Below are positions 18,304-27,244 of a DNA stretch of 32,481 nucleotides, one piece after another; the first letter of the stretch is position 1, and every line of letters starts with the position of its first letter. The stretch lies in assembly GCA_016214105.1 (NCBI GenBank), contig JACRPD010000025.1, positions 1-32,481 on the forward strand, in the 5' to 3' direction. The notes beneath the pieces are model-generated. The model saw only the letters and a list, made by a program, of their open reading frames with translations. It was not told where the DNA came from and ran no database searches. This DNA comes from Candidatus Magasanikiibacteriota bacterium (GTDB lineage Bacteria > Patescibacteriota > Patescibacteriia > Magasanikbacterales > UBA922). Made by a program: the position numbers and the translations under genes.

Positions 18304-19833
18304 ATGCCAAAAACTTTTTACCTCACCACCACGCTGCCTTATGTGAACGCCGATCCGCACATTGGTTTTGCTCTGGAAATCATCCAGGCTGACGCGCTGG
18401 CGCGTTACCACCGATTGTTAGGCGAAGAAGTGGTGTTTAATACCGGCACTGACGAGCATGGCTTAAAAATTTATCGCAAAGCGTTAGAGAATCATGAGGA
18501 TCCGCAAACGTATTGCGATCGATATGCCGCGCGGTTTGACGCGTTAAAACAGGCGTTGAATTTAAGTTATACCAATTTTATCCGCACCACAGACGATCAT
18601 CACACCAAAGCGACGCAAGAGTTTTGGCTGAGGTGTTTTAAGAACGGGGATATTTATAAAAAAAATTATAAAATAAAATACTGCGTTGGTTGCGAGCTGG
18701 AAAAGACTGATTCAGAGTTGGTTGATGATAAATGTCCGGTGCATCCAAATTTAAAAATAGAATTAATTGAAGAAGAAAATTATTTTTTTAAATTTTCTAA
18801 ATATAAAAAACCATTATTAAAGTTTTACAAAAAAAATCCGAGTTTTGTCGTCCCAGGCAATCGTCTGCAAGAAATTAAAAATTTTGTAGAAAGGGGATTG
18901 GAGGACTTTAGTATTTCCCGCTTAAAATCCAAAATGCCTTGGGGGATTCAGGTTCCAAATGATGAAGACCACGTGATGTATGTTTGGTTTGACGCGCTTA
19001 TTAATTATATATCAACACTCGGTTGGCCCAATGATGAGAAAAAATTTAAAAACTTTTGGCCGGGCGTGCAGGTAGCTGGGAAAGATAATCTGCGACAACA
19101 AAGCGCGATGTGGCAAGCGATGCTGATGTCTGCTGATCTGCCAGCTTCAAAACAAATTTTTATCCACGGTTTTATCACTTCCGACGGGCAAAAAATGAGC
19201 AAATCGCTTGGTAATGTGGTTGATCCGTTTGAATTGGTGGAAAAATATGGTTCGGCAAGCTCACCACGAGTTGGCACGGACGCGGTTCGTTATTTTTTAC
19301 TTGGCGCTTTGCCGCCGGATGATGATGGCGATTTTAGTATTGAGCGTTTTGAGAAATTCTACACCGCGCATTTGGTAAATGGCGTGGGCAATCTGACTTC
19401 GCGGATTTTGACAATGATAGAAAAGTACTGCGACAGCCGCGTGCCTGACGGAAAGGCGGAGGACATAGGACACAAGACCGAGGAATTTTGGAAAAGATTT
19501 AATGCGTATTTCAGCGAGTACAAGTTTGATGAGATTGTTAAATTGGTAAATGGTTTTGTGGCAGAACTTGATACTTTAATTTCCGAAGAAAAGCCATGGG
19601 AGAAAATAAAGAACGGCGTGAATATTCAACCGATGTTGTATCAATTGGCGGAAAGCTTGCGTCAAATCGCTTTGGCGCTTCTGCCAATAATTCCCGAAAC
19701 CGCGGAGAATATTTTGTCACAGCTGGGGATTGACGCGGATAAATTGGATATATTAGAGAAAGAGATAGAACGAGGCAAATTAAAATCCGGCGCGAAAATA
19801 AGAAAGAGCGGGATTTTGTTTCCACGGCTATGA
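18304..19833 (+). CDS. metG: Methionyl-tRNA synthetase (short form)
   Basis: PYVN..HIG, GTDEHG, YVWFDAL, KMSKS. Confidence 0.97.
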   Translation: MPKTFYLTTTLPYVNADPHIGFALEIIQADALARYHRLLGEEVVFNTGTDEHGLKIYRKALENHEDPQTYCDRYAARFDALKQALNLSYTNFIRTTDDHHTKATQEFWLRCFKNGDIYKKNYKIKYCVGCELEKTDSELVDDKCPVHPNLKIELIEEENYFFKFSKYKKPLLKFYKKNPSFVVPGNRLQEIKNFVERGLEDFSISRLKSKMPWGIQVPNDEDHVMYVWFDALINYISTLGWPNDEKKFKNFWPGVQVAGKDNLRQQSAMWQAMLMSADLPASKQIFIHGFITSDGQKMSKSLGNVVDPFELVEKYGSASSPRVGTDAVRYFLLGALPPDDDGDFSIERFEKFYTAHLVNGVGNLTSRILTMIEKYCDSRVPDGKAEDIGHKTEEFWKRFNAYFSEYKFDEIVKLVNGFVAELDTLISEEKPWEKIKNGVNIQPMLYQLAESLRQIALALLPIIPETAENILSQLGIDADKLDILEKEIERGKLKSGAKIRKSGILFPRL

Positions 19834-20957
19834 TAAAGAAAAAAGAAAAGGTGTTAGTGGCAATGAGTGGCGGCGTGGATTCTTCCGTGGCCGCTGCTTT
19901 ATTATTAAAGCAAGGTTATGATGTGACGGGAATGTTTGCTGTAAATTATAATGCTAATATACAAATGAATGCTAATGCTACTAATGGTGATTGCTGGTTG
20001 CCGGATTATAGAGATGCGGTGCGGGTGGCGGCGAAGCTGAGGATTAAATTGATTAAATTGGATTTTCAAAAAGAGTATAAAAAACTAGTTTTGGATTACA
20101 TGTTTCGCGAATACCGCGTCGGCCGGACACCCAATCCGGATGTGACGTGCAATAAATTTGTGAAGTTTGGGGTGTGGTTGCGAGCGGCAAAGCGGTTGGG
20201 ATATGCAAAATTAGCTACGGGGCATTATGCGAAATTGAGTCAAAAGTCTATAAAGTCAAAAGTCTATAAAGTCAGATTGCTACAGGCGAAAGATAATAAT
20301 AAAGACCAGACTTACTTCTTGCACCAATTGAATAAAAAACAATTACAGCATGTTTTGTTTCCACTCGGCAATTATTTGAAGTCGGAAGTCCGAAAGCTGG
20401 CGCGAAAATTTGATTTGTCCACAGCTGATAAGGAAGAAAGCATGGGGATTTGTTTTGTCGGCGAAGTGCCGATGAGAGAATTCTTGCAAGCATCGATTGC
20501 ACAGAAGAAAGGAAAGACTTCACTGAGCGATGGCACGATTGTGGGCGAACATGACGGATTGGCGTTTTATACGATTGGTCAACGCGAACGATTGGTAATT
20601 ATGAATTATGAGTTAGGAATTAAGCGCGACGAGCCATTGTTTGTCGTGAATAAAGATGTAAAAAATAATCGCTTAATTGTCGGCTACGAAGATGACGCTC
20701 TGTTATACAAAAAAGAGATTAAAGTCGGTAACGTTAGTTGGATTAGTGGACATTCTCCCAAGTTTCCGTTAAAATGTATGGTGAGGTTGAGGCATAGACA
20801 ACCGCTACAGGAGTGTCATTGCGAGGAGGAGCTCGCGCGACTACGAAGCAATCTCTTGGTACGATTCGCGAAACCACAACGGGCGGTAACGCCCGGACAG
20901 TTCGCGGTATTTTATAAAAATAATGAATGTTTAGGCGGCGGTGAAATTTTATTATGA
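19830..20957 (+). CDS. mnmA: tRNA 2-thiouridylase
   Basis: SGGVDS, TPNPD..CN, TGHYA, KDQTYFL, SMGICF, TPGQ. Confidence 0.96.
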   Translation: MIKKKEKVLVAMSGGVDSSVAAALLLKQGYDVTGMFAVNYNANIQMNANATNGDCWLPDYRDAVRVAAKLRIKLIKLDFQKEYKKLVLDYMFREYRVGRTPNPDVTCNKFVKFGVWLRAAKRLGYAKLATGHYAKLSQKSIKSKVYKVRLLQAKDNNKDQTYFLHQLNKKQLQHVLFPLGNYLKSEVRKLARKFDLSTADKEESMGICFVGEVPMREFLQASIAQKKGKTSLSDGTIVGEHDGLAFYTIGQRERLVIMNYELGIKRDEPLFVVNKDVKNNRLIVGYEDDALLYKKEIKVGNVSWISGHSPKFPLKCMVRLRHRQPLQECHCEEELARLRSNLLVRFAKPQRAVTPGQFAVFYKNNECLGGGEILL

Positions 20958-22891
20958 TAATTTCAAACGAACTTCGCCAAAAATATCTAGACTTTTTCAA
21001 AAGCAAAGCCCACGCGATTATTCCGAGCGCTTCTTTGATTCCGGAAAATGATCCAACAACTTTATTTACCAGCGCGGGGATGCAGCCGATGATTCCGCAT
21101 CTTTTGGGCGAACCGCACGCGCAAGGGACGAGAATCGTTAATTCGCAAAAATGTTTTCGCACGCAAGATATTGACGAGGTGGGGGATAATCGGCATACAA
21201 CTTTTTTTGAAATGCTCGGCAACTGGTCTTTGGGCGATTATTTTAAAAAAGAACAAATTGAATGGATGTGGGAGTTTCTTATCAAGAAATTAAATTTTGA
21301 TCCGAATAAAATTTTTATCACTTGTTTTAGAGGAGATGTAAAAAACAATATCCCTCGCGATGAAGAAGCGGCAAAAATTTGGCAGGAATTATTCAAATCA
21401 GTTGGCGTCAAAGCCGAGATTGTTAATAACTCAGAAAAAGATGGAATGAAAGGCGGACGGATTTTTTATTATGCAGCTGATAAAAACTGGTGGAGTCGCG
21501 CTGGTGTGCCGGAAAAAATGCCGGAGGGCGAGCCGGGCGGGCCGGACAGCGAAATGTTTTTTGATTTTAGCCCTTCGACAAGCTCATGGCAAGCGCACCA
21601 CGATGAACAAAAATACGGTAAACACTGTCATGTAAATTGCGACTGCGGTCGTTTTGTGGAGATCGGAAACAATGTTTTCATGCAATATGTAAAAACCAAA
21701 AACGGCTTTAATGAATTAAAACAAAAAAATATAGATTTTGGCGGCGGGCTGGAGCGGATGACCGCGGCTTTGAATAATAATCCGGATATTTTCAGAATTG
21801 ATTTATTTTCCGGCGCGTTGAAAAAAATTGAAGAATTATCCGGCAAAACATACGGCGCGGATGAAAAAGAAACTTTCGCGTTCAGAGTTATTTTAGATCA
21901 TCTGCGCGCGGCCGTTTTTTTAATCGCTGACGGCGCTGTGCCGTCCAGAAAAGATCAAGGATATTTTACTCGCCGTTTGATTCGCAGAGCGGTGCGGTTT
22001 GCCGCTAATCTCGGCATCAGTCAGCTTTTTACGCCTGTTATCGCCAAAGAATATATCGAAACCTACAAAAATGTGTATGCGGATTTATTTAGCCAACAAA
22101 ATTTAATTTTATCTGAATTGGAAAAAGAAGAAAGTAAATTTAGAGAAACGCTTGAGCGAGGAATTATGAATTATGAATTAGGAATTAAGGGCTTGGCGGC
22201 CAAAGTGATTCCCGGGGATGTTGCGTTTGATCTTTATCAGTCATACGGTTTTCCGATTGAGATGACGATTGAGTTGGCCAAAGAGAAGGGAATAGATGTT
22301 GACGTGGCGGGTTTTAACGAAGAGATGAAAAAACATCAGGAGGTTTCCCGCATAGGCGCGGAACAAAAATTCAAAGGCGGATTGGCCGGGACAGGGGAGA
22401 TGGAGACAAAATATCACACGGCCACGCATTTGCTTTTGGCGGCGTTGAATCGCGTGTTGGACGGCTCTTCGGCCATTCGGCAAGCTCATGGTGGTGAGTC
22501 GTATCGAACTGCAAGCTCAGAGCGGGGCGGGATTTTTCAAAAGGGGAGTAATATTACAGTGGAAAGATTACGATTTGATTTTAATTATCCGGAGAAATTA
22601 ACTGTGGAACAAATTAAATCCGTGGAAGATTTGGTTAATGAAAAAATAAAAGAAGATAAAAAAGTTGAGATGTTGGAGATGCCGAGAGATGAAGCATTAA
22701 AAACAGTTAAAGTTTCTTTTGACCCGAGCAAGTATCCGGAGATTGTTAAAGTATATAAAATCGGAGATTTTAGTATGGAACTTTGCGGCGGTCCGCATGT
22801 TGAACACACCGGAGCTCTGGGTCAGTTTAAGATCGTTAAAGAAGAAGCCAGCAGCGCGGGAGTAAGGAGAATAAAGGCCATTCTTCTCTAA
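20954..22891 (+). CDS. alaS: Alanyl-tRNA synthetase (short, no C-Ala domain)
   Basis: FTSAGMQP, FFEMLGNWS, GLER, HTATH, ELCGGPH, GVRRI. Confidence 0.97.
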   Translation: MIISNELRQKYLDFFKSKAHAIIPSASLIPENDPTTLFTSAGMQPMIPHLLGEPHAQGTRIVNSQKCFRTQDIDEVGDNRHTTFFEMLGNWSLGDYFKKEQIEWMWEFLIKKLNFDPNKIFITCFRGDVKNNIPRDEEAAKIWQELFKSVGVKAEIVNNSEKDGMKGGRIFYYAADKNWWSRAGVPEKMPEGEPGGPDSEMFFDFSPSTSSWQAHHDEQKYGKHCHVNCDCGRFVEIGNNVFMQYVKTKNGFNELKQKNIDFGGGLERMTAALNNNPDIFRIDLFSGALKKIEELSGKTYGADEKETFAFRVILDHLRAAVFLIADGAVPSRKDQGYFTRRLIRRAVRFAANLGISQLFTPVIAKEYIETYKNVYADLFSQQNLILSELEKEESKFRETLERGIMNYELGIKGLAAKVIPGDVAFDLYQSYGFPIEMTIELAKEKGIDVDVAGFNEEMKKHQEVSRIGAEQKFKGGLAGTGEMETKYHTATHLLLAALNRVLDGSSAIRQAHGGESYRTASSERGGIFQKGSNITVERLRFDFNYPEKLTVEQIKSVEDLVNEKIKEDKKVEMLEMPRDEALKTVKVSFDPSKYPEIVKVYKIGDFSMELCGGPHVEHTGALGQFKIVKEEASSAGVRRIKAILL

Positions 22892-22953
22892 ACCTCCCCC
22901 TCGTAGGGCTTCGTCGTGAGCGCCCAGCCGAACGGGGAGGCGGGGAGGGGGTC
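22892..22953. repeat. CCTCCCC-family palindrome with nested TGAG..CGAA hairpin
   Basis: CCTCCCCC...GGGGAGG-CGGGGAGGGGGT; CGTGAG-CGCCCAGC-CGAACG at 22915-22934. Confidence 0.7.
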
Positions 22954-22980
22954 TCAGCGAGTGTAGAAAAAAACAAGCCT

Positions 22981-23928
22981 ATGTTTTTCAAGTTTTTAGA
23001 AATAAAAAAATCGTCCATAGCTGGAAAAGGGATTTTTAGCAACAAGAATTTTAAAAAAGGGGAAGTAATTTTTACCGTGCATGGTCCTATTGTCAAATAT
23101 TCAAAAGATCCTGATTGGAGAATAGGGGAAGATTGGTTACAAATAAGTCAAAACGCTTGGAAAATTCCCTATCGGGATAATCCGTGGATTTTTATTAATC
23201 ATTCTTGTCAACCGAATGTCGGTCTTAAGGGAACCTCAACAGTTGTCGCCATTCGTTCAATCTATAAAAATGAAGAAATTGTTATTGATTATTCGTGGAC
23301 CGAAGCCTCTGAGAAAGGTTGGCACATGATATGTCACTGCGGAGCGCCAAACTGTAGAAAACTGATACAAAGTGTACAATTTTTGCCAGTAAATATATTT
23401 AAAAAATACAGACAGTATATACCTGCCTATCTGCGCAGTAGATATATTAAAAATAAGGTGTACGAAAAAAGAGATAAAAAAGGCGATTACAGATTGTATG
23501 CCAAAGATGTGATTAAAAAAAATGAGTTGGTATTTCAGGTAGAAGGGACGAAGATAACGTACCCGAAAAGTCCAAATTATAAAATTGGGTACAAATGGCT
23601 TGGGATTGGTAAAAGAGAGTGGATAATACCTTATCAGAATAATCCATGGTGTTTTTTCCGACATTCATGTACTCCGAATGTAGGTTTACGCGACAGAGAT
23701 AAAGTAGTCGCCATGAGGAAAATTCGTGCTAATGAAGAGATTACTATTGATGACTCTATTTCCGAAGTTGATGTCAATTGGTCGATGACATGTGCTTGTG
23801 GCGCAAAAAATTGCAGAAAGATAATTCGATCCATACAATACCTTCCATTGCGACTTTTTCAAAGGTATAAATCATATATACCTCCGCTTTTTAAAAAAGT
23901 GTACAAGGAATATAATAATTATGTTTAA
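22981..23928 (+). CDS. Tandem SET + post-SET domain protein
   Basis: Two repeats: FINHSCQPN..EEIVIDY..CHCGAPNCR and FFRHSCTPN..EEITIDD..CACGAKNCR. Confidence 0.9.
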   Translation: MFFKFLEIKKSSIAGKGIFSNKNFKKGEVIFTVHGPIVKYSKDPDWRIGEDWLQISQNAWKIPYRDNPWIFINHSCQPNVGLKGTSTVVAIRSIYKNEEIVIDYSWTEASEKGWHMICHCGAPNCRKLIQSVQFLPVNIFKKYRQYIPAYLRSRYIKNKVYEKRDKKGDYRLYAKDVIKKNELVFQVEGTKITYPKSPNYKIGYKWLGIGKREWIIPYQNNPWCFFRHSCTPNVGLRDRDKVVAMRKIRANEEITIDDSISEVDVNWSMTCACGAKNCRKIIRSIQYLPLRLFQRYKSYIPPLFKKVYKEYNNYV

Positions 23929-24355
23929 AAAACTCATCACCAACGCCTGGTCTCTCCGCCACCAATTTTTTCGCTATTTCTGCGTCGGTTTTTCCGCGTT
24001 TATTTTAGATATGGGTTCGTTGATGCTGTTAAAAGAAGTTTTTGACTGGAAACCTATCACTGCGGTCATTGCCAATCAAGTGTTTATTATCGCCTACGTT
24101 TTTTTGTTAAACAAGTATTGGTCGTTTGACAGCAAGGAATTAGATCATCGCCAGCTTGTCCGTTTTTTGATATTGGTTGGTTTTAATTACGCCGTCTCAA
24201 TAACGACAATGTATATATTTAATCATCGTTTGGCTTTTGATTATCGGTTAGTCAGAATTGGCACAATTATTTTAGCAACTTGCTGGAATTTTTTGAGCTA
24301 CAAATACTGGGTTTATCGTTCAAAATCACCAATACTGAATAATCCGCTTAATTAA
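23921..24355 (+). CDS. GtrA family membrane protein
   Basis: QFFRYFCVG, FLLNKYWSF, WNFLSYKYWVY; about 4 TM segments. Confidence 0.88.
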   Translation: MFKKLITNAWSLRHQFFRYFCVGFSAFILDMGSLMLLKEVFDWKPITAVIANQVFIIAYVFLLNKYWSFDSKELDHRQLVRFLILVGFNYAVSITTMYIFNHRLAFDYRLVRIGTIILATCWNFLSYKYWVYRSKSPILNNPLN

Positions 24356-24393
24356 GCAAAAAAACTTATTCACATCCGGCGCGGAGATTTTAC

Positions 24394-24422
24394 TTGACAG
24401 ATTTTCAGCTTTACTGTAAAAT
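24394..24422 (+). promoter_or_regulatory. sigma70 promoter for the infA/alpha operon
   Basis: TTGACA-17bp-TAAAAT; DnaA-box-like TTATTCACA at 24366. Confidence 0.75.
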
Positions 24423-24445
24423 AGCGCCAGATTAATTTCCTACCC

Positions 24446-24664
24446 ATGACAGCCAAGAACGACGTTCTTGAAGTCCGCGGCATGATTGAAGAATTATTGC
24501 CCGGCGCGAAATTCAGGATTAAATTGGAAAATGGCCATGAGGTCATCAGCCACTTGTCAGGCAAGATGCGGATTAACCATATCCGCCTCGGTGTCGGCGA
24601 TGAGGTTAAAGTGGAAATGACGCCTTACGATTTATCCAAAGGCCGGATAATTTACAGATTCTAA
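24446..24664 (+). CDS. infA: Translation initiation factor IF-1
   Basis: [19 protein letters not shown]. Confidence 0.97.
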   Translation: MTAKNDVLEVRGMIEELLPGAKFRIKLENGHEVISHLSGKMRINHIRLGVGDEVKVEMTPYDLSKGRIIYRF

Positions 24665-24670
24665 ATTAAA

Positions 24671-24774
24671 AAGTATCAACCAGTGCGGTGTAGTTTGACC
24701 TCCTTCACGCTTACGGCCATATGTCCGCGTGAAGAGACTGTCGGACGCCGATATCGCGGCAGTGGTTGGTATTT
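24671..24774 (+). ncRNA. Candidate structured RNA (long rod hairpin) between infA and rpmJ
   Basis: Four stacked helices with several G-U pairs. Confidence 0.5.
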
Positions 24775-24787
24775 TTTGTTCTAATTT

Positions 24788-24925
24788 ATGAAAGTAAGAG
24801 CAGGAGTGTCGGTTCGTTGCAAGAAATGCAAAGTCGTTCGCCGCGGCGGTGTTGTTTATATTATTTGTGAAAATCCCCGCCACAAACAGCGCCAGGGAAC
24901 TAAACAGCGCAAAAAATCCGCTTAG
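24788..24925 (+). CDS. rpmJ: 50S ribosomal protein L36 (not in the ORF track)
   Basis: [45 protein letters not shown]. Confidence 0.96.
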   Translation: MKVRAGVSVRCKKCKVVRRGGVVYIICENPRHKQRQGTKQRKKSA

Positions 24926-24940
24926 TTAATATTTTGATTT

Positions 24941-25327
24941 ATGAGAATCGCAGGCGTTAATATTCCGCGTGAAAAAAAAATCGTAGTCAGCCTGCCATAT
25001 ATTTATGGTATTGGTCCGACTTTGGCTAAAAAAATATTGTCTGTTGTTAAAATAGACGAGAATATCAGAGTTAAAGATTTGACTCAAGAACAAGAAGACA
25101 AAATCCGCGCTATTGTTGAAAAACAATATAAGACCGAAGGTGATTTACGACGCGAGGTCGCTGAAAATATCAAACGGATGAAAGATATTAAATGTTATCG
25201 CGGTTCTAGGCATGCCAAGCATCTGCCGGTCAGAGGACAGCGAACACGGACCAATTCCCGCACCGTGCGCGGCAACAAGCGCAATATCGCGACAAGCGGG
25301 AGAAAACAATCCGCGCAGAAAACATAA
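24941..25327 (+). CDS. rpsM: 30S ribosomal protein S13
   Basis: [24 protein letters not shown]. Confidence 0.98.
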   Translation: MRIAGVNIPREKKIVVSLPYIYGIGPTLAKKILSVVKIDENIRVKDLTQEQEDKIRAIVEKQYKTEGDLRREVAENIKRMKDIKCYRGSRHAKHLPVRGQRTRTNSRTVRGNKRNIATSGRKQSAQKT

Positions 25328-25335
25328 TAAATACT

Positions 25336-25737
25336 ATGGCAGAGAATAAAGATACAAAAAAAAATATTAAAAAAAAGAAAGCTGTGAAGCAGGTTTCGCA
25401 TGGCCGCGCTTATATTCAGGCATCTTTTAATAATACCATCGTTACTATCACTGATCAAAATGGCGATGTGCTTGGTTGGGCGAGCGCCGGCATGACGGGT
25501 TTTAAAGGTCCGAAAAAAGCCACCCCTTACGCCGCGCAACAGGTGGTTAAAAAAGTGATTGATTCAATCGCGCCTTGCGGTTTAAGAGAAGTAAATGTTT
25601 TTATTAAAGGCATTGGCGCCGGCAGAGAAGGCGCGATCCGCGGTTTTAACGCGAATGGAGTTCAAGTTTTGTCCATCAAAGATATTACTCCGATTCCGCA
25701 CAATGGCTGTCGTCCGCCAAAAAGACGCAGAGTATAA
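25336..25737 (+). CDS. rpsK: 30S ribosomal protein S11
   Basis: [29 protein letters not shown]. Confidence 0.98.
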   Translation: MAENKDTKKNIKKKKAVKQVSHGRAYIQASFNNTIVTITDQNGDVLGWASAGMTGFKGPKKATPYAAQQVVKKVIDSIAPCGLREVNVFIKGIGAGREGAIRGFNANGVQVLSIKDITPIPHNGCRPPKRRRV

Positions 25738-25746
25738 CAAAAAAAT

Positions 25747-26370
25747 ATGGGAAGATATATCGGTCCAAAAAATAAAATTGCCAGACGATTCGGCATTAAT
25801 CTTGGCTTGAAGACAAATCCGACCAAAGTCGCCAAACGTTTAAGCCAGCCGCCGGGAGTTCATGGTCCGGGCAAGCGTCCGAAGGCCGCGACCGGATTCG
25901 GCAAACAGCTTTTGGAAAAACAAAAAGCCAGGATTGTTTATGGTTTGAGAGAAAGCCAATTCCGCGGTTATGTGGATAAAGCGACAACTTTGAAAGGCGA
26001 TTCCGGCGTTAATTTGCAAAGATTACTGGAAACGCGGCTGGATAATGTGGTCTATCGCCTTGGCTTTGCCGTTACCAGAGCGCAAGCCAGGCAAATGGTG
26101 TCTCATAAAATGTTTAAAGTTAACAGCAAACCACTGAACGTGCCTTCTCATATTTTGAGCGTTGGCGATGAAATCGCTTTGAAAGAAAATAAAAAGAAGA
26201 AAAAGATTTTTGACGGCATGACTGAAAAATTACTAAAAATGGACCGGCCGTCTTGGTTAAAAATGGACGCGAACACTTTGACCGGAAAAATATTAAATCA
26301 GCCGGGCGAAATTGATTTTGAGAAAGTGTTTGACGTCAAGCTGATTATTGAATACTATTCAGCAAGATAA
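25747..26370 (+). CDS. rpsD: 30S ribosomal protein S4
   Basis: PPGVHG, EKQK, LETRLDNVVYRLG, IIEYYS. Confidence 0.98.
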   Translation: MGRYIGPKNKIARRFGINLGLKTNPTKVAKRLSQPPGVHGPGKRPKAATGFGKQLLEKQKARIVYGLRESQFRGYVDKATTLKGDSGVNLQRLLETRLDNVVYRLGFAVTRAQARQMVSHKMFKVNSKPLNVPSHILSVGDEIALKENKKKKKIFDGMTEKLLKMDRPSWLKMDANTLTGKILNQPGEIDFEKVFDVKLIIEYYSAR

Positions 26371-26393
26371 TTTTTCAACATAATACCTGTCAT

Positions 26394-27242
26394 ATGGAAA
26401 AAATCTTTCTGCCGTCTTCAATTGAATTTATTACCACCGATAATCCCAATATCGGCAAGGTTGTTATCACTCCTTGTCACCAGGGCTATGGCACAACTTT
26501 GGGCAACGCGTTGCGCCGTGTGCTGTTATCTTCTTTACCTGGCGCCGCGGTGGAATCAGTTAAGATAAGAGGAGTACAACATGAATTTTCAACGATTGAA
26601 GGCGTGTTGGAAGACGTGGTGGAAATAATTTTAAATTTGAAACAGCTGGCCGTCCGCAGTTTTTCCGATGAGCCGGTGACTCTAAAACTTGAGAAAAAAG
26701 GCAAAGGAGAAGTAACCGCGGCGGATTTTGACAAGAACTCCGATGTGGAAATCGCCAATCCGGATTTAAAACTTTTTACCATTACGAATGACAAAGTTAA
26801 AATAGAAATGGAAGTTGTTATTGGCAAAGGCCGAGGCTATGTGCCGGTGGAAGAAAAGAAAAACGCCAATTTGGATTTAGGCACGGTTTTGGTTGATTCG
26901 CTTTACACGCCAATCCGCGATATTGGCTACAAAGTTGAGTTGACCCGTGTTGGCGACGTTACCGACTACGAAAAATTAACGATTACTATAGAAACAAACG
27001 GGACGATCGCTCCTAAAGACGCAGTGCGCCAAGCGGTTAATGTCTTGATGGATCATTTTGCTTTAATTTTGGAAGCAAGCAACGAAGACGCCGCTGTCCC
27101 GGCGCTTGACAACGAAGTTTCGTCGGAGGAAGTTGAAACCACGGAAGAAAAAATAGAAGCGAAAGAAGAAAAAGAAACCGAGAGCGAAGATAAAAAAGAA
27201 GTTAAGAAAACAAAAAAAGCGAAGAAACCGGCTAAAAAATAA
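26394..27242 (+). CDS. rpoA: RNA polymerase alpha subunit, apparently without alpha-CTD
   Basis: GYGTTLGNALRRVLLSS, HEFS, GRGY; acidic then Lys-rich tail. Confidence 0.96.
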   Translation: MEKIFLPSSIEFITTDNPNIGKVVITPCHQGYGTTLGNALRRVLLSSLPGAAVESVKIRGVQHEFSTIEGVLEDVVEIILNLKQLAVRSFSDEPVTLKLEKKGKGEVTAADFDKNSDVEIANPDLKLFTITNDKVKIEMEVVIGKGRGYVPVEEKKNANLDLGTVLVDSLYTPIRDIGYKVELTRVGDVTDYEKLTITIETNGTIAPKDAVRQAVNVLMDHFALILEASNEDAAVPALDNEVSSEEVETTEEKIEAKEEKETESEDKKEVKKTKKAKKPAKK

Positions 27243-27244
27243 TT

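Noticed and set aside
8549-22523. Inteins as the source of the protein insertions
   Set aside because: Inserts are only about 8-21 aa and lack intein terminal motifs
24671-24774. SRP RNA, 6S RNA or tRNA identity for the hairpin
   Set aside because: No SRP domain IV motif, too short for 6S, and no cloverleaf
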